From NCBI RefSeq assembly GCF_032444005.1, contig NC_091285.1, positions 54,870,001 through 54,934,000 of the forward strand: a DNA stretch of 64,000 bases, given 5' to 3'. Shown here in pieces: positions 49,422-61,014 of this stretch. The DNA comes from Ranitomeya imitator. Taxonomy: Eukaryota. Numbering within the stretch: position 1 is the stretch's first letter; each line of letters begins with the position of its first letter. Under the pieces are notes generated by a model. That model was given only the letters and a program-made list of their open reading frames with translations. It was not told the origin of the DNA and did not search any database. Position numbers and translations under genes: made by a program.

Positions 49422-50736
49422 TTACTTGACAAAACACAGCAAAAGTTGAGTGTTGGATTAGTTTTTCGCATCTAGATATCTTGATTAATTGTGGCATGTG
49501 TGTCACATTAAAAATGTGACCCCGTATGGGTCTCTTAATTGGAAACATTAGATATTTAATTGTCTGTTTGCATCAGAAACTCTTATTCCTGTATGTGGTC
49601 CAGTGATATGTGAGAATATCACCTTTTTATATTTCTAATGGAAAGCAGAATATGCAACCCATACTGGCAGAGAATCATGCAGTATGATTCCAATGAAACA
49701 GAAATGTCAAAATTATACAATTCAATGCTCTATCAATATACACTGCACAGTAATTATAAAAGTACCATCATAGCACAGCAGAGAGCATAGTACTACTACT
49801 ACTTCCATACATGAATATACATGAATATAAAAATTAGAGATTAGATCCTCAATAATGTACAGAGGTTGGATACAGACACATAAGGATTTGTAGTGCACAT
49901 CACCAGAGAACAAAGTTGTAATAGATGTAATGGTAAAATGGGACTGAAACCAAAACCGTTACTTCAGAGGGGACGGGTCACCCTCATACTGAAAATTGAA
50001 GCATGGCTCAATCATAACCTAAAGGGAAACAGAGCTAGCACTCTAAACATCTGATCCCTATTCAGTCATGACTTCCTGCTGTGAACAGGTGATTGAAGTG
50101 GGTTGTCTGATGGAGAGCAGACATGAAGTCTATACTTAAGGCTGGGAGGCCACACTTTTAGCGCCTGTGGAGATCAGGCTTCCTATGTTCCTATGTTCAA
50201 TAGAACTACAAGCAGACTCTTTAAACCTAAAAGTTATGAAAATTGGGTGTTTTGTGCAAGGCGTAGGTCCTATAGTTATGGGAGATATATTTTCGGTGTT
50301 GTGACGAAGTGTCAAACATAACTCATTTACTTACATCGCAATGCAGCCTGCCGATAAGCCCACAATAATATCATACAGATGGATAACAATAAATATGCCA
50401 TGTTTCCTGTCTATAGAAAAATCATGATGGGAAATATGGCATTAATATCTCCTGCCTGGGACCTCCAAGTGGGCAGATATTCTGATAGCTCAGAATCCTA
50501 TAATTTTTTGGCACTGTAGCCTCATTCCATGGACAAGCCCCATCTGAGGTCACTAATATGCATATTTGTGTGCAACCTCTCATTGCGCAAAAATTTGCAA
50601 CACTTCAAAAAATTTTACACGTAGCAAATTTGAAAAATCGAAGCTAGTGTCAACCATAAAACTATACAAATATCCTAGTAACTACACAAAGATTTTATCA
50701 ATATTTTACATCATTTTAAAATTAATTGCTTCCTAC

Positions 50737-53160
50737 CTGGACGACATTGTTGCTTGTAGACAAGATGGCACTTACAGAATCAGTTCCAGGAGCTGCAACT
50801 TCGGTGTCTATGAGATTCTCTGTGGGGACGTTCTGCACTGGTTTCAGATAAGCGATTTCATTCTGCTTGGAGTCCAGAGTCACGCACACATCATATGAGA
50901 ATGGGAAAGGTAAACTGGTATCACTGATCTCAGAAGGACATCCCAGGGTGAACTGAGGATACACGTTTCTGCTATATGCTCCATATGTAGTCGGGGTGTT
51001 GTCTTTTCGGCATTTGTAGATGACTGTGATGATAACAGTTATAATGAATAGACAAGAAATCAGAGCTATGGATAAGACTAGATAGAAAGTTACTGAAGAT
51101 TTAGTATCTGAATTAGCCGGTTGTTTTCTTATTTCTGGCACAATTTGCTGAAAATTCTCTGCCACAACTAAACTCAAGGTGACTGTAGATGACAAAGATG
51201 GGGCTCCATTATCCTTCACCAGAACCACAAGTTTTTGTCTTAAATTATCTGCATCTTGAAGATCTCTCACAATCTTTACTTCCCCAGTATATTGGCCAAT
51301 TCCAAATAATGAAGGATCGGGAACTTGTAGTAAGTGATAGGAGAGCCAGGCGTTGTGTCCAGAGTCAGCGTCCACTGCAATCACTTTGGTGACTAGATAA
51401 CCTTTCTCAGCAGAGTGAGGAATAAACTCAAATAATGCTGATCCCTCAGTGTCTGGTGATGGGTAGAGGATCTTCGGAGCATTATCATTCTTATCAATGA
51501 TAAATATCCTCACTGTGACATTACTGCTTAGAGGAGGAGATCCACTGTCTTTAGCCATCACCTGGAACTGAAATTCCCGCAACTGTTCATAGTCAAATGA
51601 TCTCTGGGCGTAGAGAACTCCGGTCATTGAGTTTATGGAAACATAAGATGTTACAGGTATATCGTCTACATTGATATTAAGAATACTATATGTTACTTTA
51701 CCATTTTCATAGTTGTCAAGATCTGAACCATGGATGCGCTGAATTGAAGTCCCTGGTTGATTATTTTCTACAACGTAGACAATGTAGTTTGTTTTCTCAA
51801 AAATAGGAATATTGTCATTCACATCTGAAATAGTCAGCTGAATACTTTTTTTGGTAGACAGTGGAGGAGATCCTTGGTCCAAACATTGAATTGTAATATT
51901 ATATAACGAATCTCTTTCTCGGTCCATGCTAGACGCAGTCACAAGTTTATAGTAAGTACTTGAAGATGGAATTAGTTGAAATGCAAATGTCTCTGAAATA
52001 TGACAAACAACATCTCCATTTATATCAGAATCCAAATCACGAATATTAAAAATTGCAATGACAGTACCAGGTGGAGAATCTTCTGGAACTGACGTTGACA
52101 AAGAGGTGACTGTTATTTCAGGTGAATTATCATTCACATCAATCACTTGTACTGACACCTTGCAATATGTCACTTGACCTCCTCCATCTTTAGCCTCTAC
52201 AGTCATTTCATAGCTTTCTGCTGTTTCATAGTCCAAATTCCCTATTATCACAATGTCTCCATTCAATAAATCAATAGTAAATAATTTCTGAGCAGTTTCA
52301 GGAATGTGGCTAAAAGAATATGAAATGAGCCCATTGGGGCCCTCATCTTTATCTGTTGCATTTAGATGGATTACTAGAAAACCAACAGGTGCATTCTCAG
52401 GTAATCTTATCTGATAGGTGTCTTGCAGAAATACTGGAAAGTTGTCATTCACATCTTGTACTGTGATTTTAATTATGGCAGTGCCAGTTTTAGGAGGTTT
52501 ACCCCCATCGGACGCAGATAAGATGAACTCATAGAAACTCTGCTTTTCTCTATCTAATGACTTTTCTAAAATAAGTTCTGGATACTTAATTCCCTCCTTA
52601 ATTATTCTTTCTCCAAGTTTAAAGTATTCATTACCAGGAAGAACATAACTTTGTATAGAGTTGATACCTATATCTGGATCTTGTGCATTTCCTAATGGAA
52701 AATGTACTCCTGGTAGAGAAGACTCACTGATGCCTATATCAAAATGTTTCTTAGAAAATGTCGGGGCGTTATCATTCACATCCTGGATCTCTATTGTGAT
52801 TGTGTAAAAATACAAAGGATTTTCAATCACAGCTTCCAAATGTATAAAACAGACTTGCTTAGCCCCACATAATGCTTCTCTGTCAATCCTGTCCGATACA
52901 ATCAAATCTCCATTTTCTAAGTTTACAGCAAAATATTGCTTCTTAGTTTGAGAGGCAGTTTGCATTTTTCTCAACTGCAGTTCCTTAACATTTAAACCTA
53001 GATCTTTAGCCACATTCCCGACTACAGATCCTTTCTTTAACTCTTCAGGTATTGAGTATTGTAACTGACCAGAGACCTGCCTGGAGAAAAAAAGCAGAAA
53101 GATAAATACTTGCCAAGCAATAAACCTTCGAATGCGACTTTCTCTAGTGGAATTCTTCAT
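50737..53160 (-). CDS. pcdhg: Clustered protocadherin gamma-type variable exon, divergent subtype
   Basis: MKNSTRESRIRRFIAWQV...GQLQYSIPEE; C-X5-C (CGAKQVC); six EC repeats, TM, VCD; CAG|GTAGGA donor at 50737/50736. Confidence 0.96.
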
Positions 53161-53370
53161 TGCAAGCCAAAGTGTCTCTGGTGCTTGTTTTCTTCAGGAA
53201 CTTCGAAAAACAAGGAATAGAAAATATCCAGGATTTTCATCTAAAGATGCTCAGGGTAATCCAGACTGGAGGATAAAGGTTCGTAATATTGCAGTGTCCT
53301 ATAATTCTACACTTTAAGACTATGATTGGTTCCCACATCCAGAGAGAAGAAAACCATTTTACAGTCTTCT

Positions 53371-53403
53371 AGTGACACTCAGAGCTCAGAATAAGGTACT
53401 GCA
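53371..53403 (-). promoter_or_regulatory. Pcdh promoter CSE, CTCF-like site (divergent core)
   Basis: Minus strand TGCAGTACC-TTATTCTGA-GCTCTGAGTGTCACT, ~210 bp upstream of the ATG; same 12-nt GCAGT-to-core spacing as the other four sites. Confidence 0.65.
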
Positions 53404-53452
53404 GTGATTTTATTTTCAATCCTACAATCCATGCACATTAAGAAGTCCATTA

Positions 53453-53479
53453 TACTACTACTACTACTACTACTACTAC

Positions 53480-53518
<39 letters not shown>
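53453..53518. repeat. Compound (TAC)n(TAA)n microsatellite
   Basis: Directly visible, ~50 bp upstream of the CSE. Confidence 0.95.
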
Positions 53519-53520
<2 letters not shown>

Positions 53521-53672
53521 TCTTATTATTATACAATTTTATATGATGATTCCAAATAAAATTATTAATTATTGCTGCGTTCAACCAGTTCCAACAAATG
53601 ACAGCATTTTTAAAACTTTTAATCAAAATTTGTACCCAGTACAGGAAATATTTCTTGCATCATTTAGTTTTC

Positions 53673-54931
53673 TTAAAGGGAATCTGTCACCTACTTTTTC
53701 TCGGACCTTTCTCGGCGCCTGCACACTGCAGTACTTTGCTCTGCCCTCAGGCAGACAAAGTACGCCTGCGCCGGAGCTGCGACAGGAAGCAAGGAAGAGG
53801 ACGTCATCGCATGAAGATAGGAGTCGCCGGACCTGGACCACGATGCCCATCGGACCCGGATTGCACCAGACCGCCCCTGGATAAGTGGTAAGTATAATGT
53901 AATTTGTTTTTCTTATTTGTCAGGTTAGATCGGGGGCTTGTCTACAGCATTACAGAATGCTCTGGCGGTGAGCCCGCATCAAAGCCGGGACATGTCAGCT
54001 GTTTTGAACAGCTGACATGTGCCTGCAATAGCGGCGAGTGGAGTCGCGATCCACCAGCTGCTATTAACTAGTTAAATGCCGCTGTCAAATGCTGACAGCG
54101 GCATTTAACTACTGCTTCCGACCATCCGGCCGGAAATGAGCACATCGCTGACCCCCGTCACGTGATCGGGGGTCAGTGATGCATCAGCATAACAACCAGA
54201 GGTCTATTGAAGACCTCTATGGTTGTTGATGCCGGCTTGCTGTGAGCGCCACCCTGAGCCTGTAATTCAGCTACATAGGGGCGATCAGAGCATTGCTCTT
54301 ATGTAGCAGAGCCGATCAGGCTATGCCAGCTTCTAGCCTCCCATGGCTTACGTTTTTTAGAATTACTTTTTTTTGGTTGCCGCAACATTACATTAAAATG
54401 CAATAACGGGCGATCAAAAGAACGTATCTGCACCAAAATGGTATAATTAAAAACGTCAGCTCAGCACGCAAAAAATAAGCCCCACCTGGCCCCAGATCAA
54501 GAAAATTGGAGACGCTACGGGTATCAGAAAATTGTGCAATTTTTGTTTTAGCAAAGTTTGGAAAAAAATTTACCACTTAGATAAAAAATAACCTAGACAT
54601 GTTTGGTGTCTATGAACTCGGAGTGATCTGGAGAATCATAATGGCAGGTCAGTTTTAGCATTTTGTGAACCTAGCAAAAAAGCCAAACAAAAAACAAGTG
54701 TGGGATTGCACTTTTTTGCAATTTCACCGCACTTGGATTTTTTTTCCTGTTTTCTAGTACATGACATGGGAAAACCAATGATGTCGTTCAAAAGTACGAC
54801 TTGTCCCGCAAAAAAATAAGCCCTCACATGGCCAAATTGATGGAAAAATAAAAACGTTATGGCTCTGGGAAGGAGGGAAGCGAAAAACGAAAGCGCAAAA
54901 CCGAACAAAACTGGGGTCATGAAGGGGTTAA
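53673..54931. mobile_element. Composite: Kolobok/T2-type left end joined to a piggyBac-type right portion
   Basis: TTAA|AGGGAATCTGTCAC at 53673 and GAAGGGG|TTAA at 54931. Confidence 0.55.
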
Positions 54932-56196
54932 CTATAATATTTCATTTTTTTTACTTTGAGTACATATTCATATAGACTTATGCACCTACCTTCCTGGAAG
55001 TGGCACTAAGGTGTCGACACCCTTTAAATTTGACTTGGTGCTTTCTGCCTTTTACCTCTTGTTGTCTATGCATTGTTTATATATGGAATACATTTGAATA
55101 TGTAATTTTCAATATTGCTTGACTGTCCATTTTTTTCTTTGGTTATCTAAATCATTGATTCAACCTACATGGTCTCACAGGGGCCCAAGAGATTAGAGGT
55201 CCAACTTCTACACCTTCAATGCAGGTGGAATTTTGCTTTATAATGAGTTATTGGACGTCAAAGGGTCCCTATACTGTTCTTGCACTTGGACCGTTTTTGG
55301 TCTGTGTCCACCAGTCTGCAACTTGCTATATAATTTTAGCTTTCATATACCCACAAATCTGACAACACCATATTCTTGTGACTACATCCAAAATATGAAC
55401 CTGGAAAGCTCCTAGGAAATATACTAAACGTAGCCCATTGCTAAAAAAGTATAAGTATAAAGGACTGAGGTGTGACCATGTGGTCTCCATCAGTTGGAAT
55501 GAGCAATATATAAGTAAATTAATATATACTGCACAGTATTCTGTATAGTATCGGTTCGTCTGTTTTACACCGTGGCTGATGTTTGCCTCTCTAGGGCTAT
55601 ATGGTGTTGTGGGTCATTAGTGGATGTCCACATTAGTGGAGGTACACATTGAGGAATGCTTCGACCCTATATCTCAGACATATAGAATAAATTATGTCTG
55701 CACTTCACCCAACATAGTTATGAATATATCACACAAGATCTGCTGATGACTGTACAATTCTCACAAGGTACAACTACATGATGGCCAGAAGTTCAGCATG
55801 AATTTCATTTTTTTTATCTTTTAGCAATGAAAGAATGATTATAAACTAAGAAACCAATGGTGAAAAAGTCTAAATAACAGCTACATATAATAATTCTTTC
55901 AAACCATTAAGCCCACCATAAATATGAACTATCTGAGACATTTGGCCAACAACTATCTCTCCTGACTACGCATCCCACCAAGCGCTCGGCCAAACATTTA
56001 TGTCTTTTCTCCTGAAACCAAAAGGATTAGCTGTTAAAATGCTTAAAATTCCAAGAGCCGAATTCCTCTATCCAAAGACGCTACTTGTTGAGTGGGATCT
56101 AGAGGGTCCCAATACACATTAGATCATTATCTAGTCCCGGCAAGATATGCTGGGTTGGCAAACAATTATCCAATCTGTATGTGCATTTCTTGCATG

Positions 56197-57178
56197 TGTA
56201 AGGGGGTGTGCAGGCCGCTGGTTTGAGCCCTGCATTCCTGTGCATGCCTACCTAATGAAATGGGGTTTGTTTTGTGTTTGCTGTGTGCCCGGTGTAGTTT
56301 ATGATAGCTGACACTGTGTAATATGGTAATGGCTGACACTGTTCTGATATCTGTGTGTTGGGGACAGGACTAGGGGCAGTCAGTGGCAGTGGTAGGTCAG
56401 CATTGGTAAGGGTTATGGCAGTGTAGTTGTGGGTTAGTGTAAGGGGGCACTGTGGAGTAGGAGATTAGATTGTGTTGAGAACTGGTTTCAGTCAGAGTGG
56501 TGACCGTTGAGAAAGGGGCGGAGCCAGGCAGCGGCAGGGGGAGCGTCTTCCTGAGGTAATTTTCAGGTAGTGGGAGGAGCTAAAGCTGTGTGAGGAGGAT
56601 TGTTCTAGAAGGAGGTTGTGTCAGAAAGCTGAACAGAGCAACAGTGTAGAGTTGAGAGAGTGAGGCGGCCTGGAAGAATCAGTGGCTGGTCTGTGGGTTA
56701 CCTCCCGTGACGTCCGGGACTTACGGTCCGAACAGGAATTGCGGAGGCAACCTGAATTTTCACCCAAGATGGGGAAAGTGGACGGGCAGTACTCAGTATC
56801 AGCTAGCTGGATGGCTCAGGAAGCTGCGGGCCTGGGAGACATGGTGCAGGAAGAAAAGCTGAGGAAGCAGACCAGGGAAAACGCAGGAGATGGATTACTC
56901 ATGTATTGGGAAAATGGATGGACTATAACTGTTATGAAGATGCACGAGTTAAATAAAGTTTTATTGAAAATGATTCGGGACTTTGATAACATTTGTGTGT
57001 GTCTGCGACGGATTGGAGCCCTTATGCTGTGAAGGATTCTGACTCACAGGTGGGTGAACTACTTGACACACACAGCACACCACAAAATGGACACGATATT
57101 TCTGTAGCGGAGCGTCAGGGTGTGATGAAGAAGCAGCAGCAATCCCTCGGTACGGCTACCACCCTGGCCCCCGTTACA
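56197..57178 (+). mobile_element. Solo LTR (982 bp), Gypsy-like
   Basis: TGTAAGGGG...CCCCGTTACA termini; 4-bp TSD CATG (56193-56196, 57179-57182); internal AATAAA near 56951. Confidence 0.88.
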
Positions 57179-57264
57179 CATGTCACATATCAAAAATGTA
57201 CAAGATAAAATTAATTTCACATATGGTTCAACTATAAAAGTGTTTTCTAATTCAAATGGAATCC

Positions 57265-57715
57265 TTAAAGGGAATTGGTCACCAGTTTTTTGCGACAGAG
57301 AGGAGCCAAATGAGAGCAGCATGATGTAGGGGCAGAGACCTTAGATTCCACTGATGTATCACTTACTTGGCTGCATGCCATTATTTTGACAAATTTGTGA
57401 TTTTAGCTCTTGCATATCTAGCATTTCTCTTAATGCTGAGCTCTGTATAACCACACCCACAACACTGATTGGCACATTTTTGTTCATAGGCAGAAAGCTA
57501 CTTATCAGTGGTAGGGGTGGGGTTATTCAGAACTCATGAATATGGAGCAGGTTTAGTAGTAGTCCTTTAGTAATAAAGTGCTGACAAAACAATAATTTTA
57601 TCATATTATAACTACAGCAATCAGCCCAGTAAGCGACACATCACTGGAATCAGAGTCTCTGTCATTATGCTGCTCTCAGATTAGGTGTCAAAAACCTAGA
57701 GACAGATTCTTTGAA
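57265..57715. mobile_element. Degenerate Kolobok/T2-type MITE
   Basis: TTAA|AGGGAATTGGTCAC start and a decayed GACAGATTCTTTGAA end. Confidence 0.55.
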
Positions 57716-57806
57716 ATAATTACATTCAAGGACTGAAAATTGTTTTCTAGAAATATCATGATGCATAAAAAGACCCAACATAGTGGTCTTCAGTGGTCTC
57801 TACTCT

Positions 57807-57918
57807 GTGAGGAATAAACTCAAATAATGCTGATCCCTCAGTGTCCGGTGATGGGTAGAGGATCTTCGGAGCATTATCATTCTTATCAATGACACACTGT
57901 GAAATCTTTAGCCATCAC
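57807..57918 (-). pseudogene. pcdhg: Protocadherin EC5/EC6 junction remnant
   Basis: About 85 nt nearly identical to the IDKNDNAPKILYPSPDTEGSALFEFIPH coding sequence of the intact exons, preceded by a deleted VMAKD piece. Confidence 0.9.
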
Positions 57919-58530
57919 ATTTTCTAAGATCACTATTAACCACGTAACCGCTATTTTTACATTTCTCATAATCCCTAAAACTTGTGTTTCCATTTTAGAC
58001 ACATACTGTATTTCCGCAGTATACACCACAAATTGCAATTTCAAGCCCTGGTAACCAAATTTATCAGAATGGGGGTCTTCTGACTGCAGTGAACCAGTTG
58101 CAAAAACAATCTCCATAAGCTTCAATAGAGGCATGACTGAGTTTGTTGATGGCACTGTCATTTTAGGTCTATGGAAGTTAGACAAAGAGCAATCTGAAAT
58201 GAATTACATAGATGGAAAATTGATTTTGAAGTGCAATTCTTTTGATGTACGCCCCATATATACATATTTTCTACAATAGATTAGTGTCATTATTGACCAT
58301 ATGCAGTAATATTGTTATAGTAGTATGCAAAGAAATAAGAAAAAGTAGTGATTGTAAGGATTCTACAGATATGCCTTTATGTTAAGAACTATACTTTTTA
58401 GAGAAATAATGCTCAAAAACTTCAGTAAAGCAAATGTATTATATTTACAGTTTTGTTTTATGAATATCTTTTTAGATCTCACTGCATTAAAAATCTTCTA
58501 CATATACCGGGGGCCGGCTTATACTCGGGT

Positions 58531-58556
58531 CGGCTTATACTCGAGTATATACGGTA
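58531..58556. mobile_element. Isolated Tc1/mariner (pogo-like) MITE terminus
   Basis: cggcttatactcgagtatatacggTA, with a second partial copy just upstream. Confidence 0.45.
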
Positions 58557-59721
58557 TTTCAAAACTAAAGAAAAAATATTTACTTTAAATAACGTATCAC
58601 TACAATGTAAATAAAAATAAATTCTTATTAAAAAAAATGAATTAAGGCTCACAACTAGAGTTGAGCGACCTTGACCTTTTTAGAGTCGAGCCGGGTTTTG
58701 CGAAACCCGACTATGTCCAAAGTCGGGTCGAGTGAAATCGGCCGATTATGACGTAAAGTCGGGATCGACCGAAACACGAAACCCAATGCAAGTCAATGGG
58801 GCAGCATAGTCGGCAGTGAGTGGGGGCCAGGAAAACACCTAGAGTGGCCATTTTAATGTCAAAACCATCCATTCTTCTTAATGAAGCTTGTCAAGCGTAA
58901 TTTACCTTATAATAATTGGAAGGCATTTGAAATTGGGGGTCATTTGGCTAAAGTTGTGGGGGGTAGGGCTGGTTCAAGTAATTAGTGGGCCCAGGAAATC
59001 TGGACCACGTCACGGCAGTGGAGCAGGGAGAGGTAAGTATTTCAACTTTGCAAGTGCTGTGAACCTGAGCAAGCAGGGGGGGCCCACTCGTTGGCATTGG
59101 CACTGGCACAGGGCCCCTCAAAGTACAGCGGTGTGTTTGCACGGCGGGGGCGCCTCCCACCGGCAGCAACACTTTTGCGTACTATGAGAGGCCCTGTGCC
59201 AGTGACGTCGCCAACTAGTATTCCTCCCCCCACCTGATGAAGGAACCTGCACTTTCATCTGCACCTTCCTCTTTGTCCCCGTGTAAGGTGGTATGGTATG
59301 CGGGAAGAGCAACCTGACTTTCAGCAGGGTCACAATGTTGTTGTGTAGCGTGCACGGGGAATGTTGCGTTATGGGTCAATGTACCAGCAGACTCATCTAT
59401 CACTGGCTGGGCAATGGGCACGATGAAGTGGAAACACAGATATAGGCCCAAAGAAGAAAGTGGGCTAAATGCAGTTCAAAATTGGTAACACAGGAATAAC
59501 CAGGGGGCATTGCAGTGGAGGACAACTGGAATGAGAGGCTGACACAGAGAGTAGGGCCAAATCAGTAAGTAGTCGAAATGCAGTTCAAAATTGGCAACCG
59601 TAGTAAACAGGCGGCACAGCTTTGTTCAGTGGAGGAGAACAGCAAGGAGTGGCAGACACCGATAGTAGGCCCCAAACCAACTAGTACGCCAAATGCAGTT
59701 GTTCCATTTAACCACAATTTA

Positions 59722-60565
59722 ATGAGAGCCTGAAGATAGAAGCTCAGGAAAGGCAACCTGGGGAACACCTTGGAGTGTAACACACCATCTCTCTCCACCC
59801 CATACCCATTTTGTATGGCCTAATGCAGTGTACTTTTCTACAACTACTAAACGAGAGTCGGAAGACCGAAGCAATGGCAAGGAAACCTGGGGAACACCTT
59901 AGAGTGTAACACACCCTCTCTCTACACCCCATACCCAATTTGAAGGCCTAATGCAGTGTAGTTTCCAAGAACTACTAAACGAGAGCCGGAAGATCGAAGC
60001 TCAGGAAAGGCAACCTGGGGAACACCTTGGAGTGTAACACACCCTCTCGCTACACCCCATACCCAATTTGAAGGCCTAATGCAGCGTAGTTTCCAACAAC
60101 TACTAAACGAGAGCCGGAAGATCGAAGCTCAGGAAAGGCAACCTGGGGAACACCTTGGAGTGTAACACACCCTCTCTCTATACCCCATACCCAATTTGAA
60201 GGCCTAATGCAGTGTAGTTTCCAAGAACTACTAAACGAGAGCCGGAAGATCGAAGCTCAGGAAAGGCAACCTGGGGAACACCTTGGAGTGTAACACACCC
60301 TCTCGCTACACCCCATACCCAATTTGAAGGCCTAATGCAGCGTAGTTTCCAACAACTACTAAACGAGAGCCGGAAGATCGAAGCTCAGGAAAGGCAACCT
60401 GGGGAACACCTTGGAGTGGAACACACCATCTCTCTACACCCCATACCCAATTTGAAGGCCTAATGCAGAGTAGTTTCCAAGAACTACTAAACGAGAGCCG
60501 GAAGATCGAAGCTCAGGAAAGGCAACCTGGGGAACACCTTGGAGTGTAACACAACGTCTCTCTAC
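59722..60565. repeat. 128-bp tandem repeat (~6.5 copies)
   Basis: tcaggaaagg recurs at 60001, 60129, 60257, 60385 and 60513. Confidence 0.95.
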
Positions 60566-61014
60566 ACGACGGAAGGGCTGATTCTTAGGAAGGAAGGCTG
60601 TTGGAAATAAGCATTGCGCGTCCGAGGGTGATTATATTCTTATTAGGTATATACTCACCCTCGGACGCGCCCTGCTTCTTTATTTGGAATGAATGTTTAT
60701 TTGCAATGTGGTGTTGACTTTCTCTATTATTTTGGTAATTAATGATTTTATTATTTTCATTATTTTGCATCTTCTCGGCAATAATATAAAGAAGACGCGA
60801 CAGGACAACACTCGGTGGATGCCATATGTGTGTTTTCAATTTAAAAAAACTTTCAGTTAACTACTTGCAGGAGAAAGTAATTGTAGCTGGTGGCCATTTT
60901 TAGTACTGTACCAGATTAGAGTTGTGTGTTTGTTTTTAATGTTAAAATTTCTGCATTTGATATCTCACCAGTATTTTCTTTTTTATAAGCAAAATACTTA
61001 TTTTTATATTTTCT

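Noticed and set aside
57920-58260. ORF 57886-58185 as a continuation of the Pcdh remnant
   Set aside because: Only the final VMAKD is Pcdh-derived; the rest shows no cadherin motifs in the frames I read.
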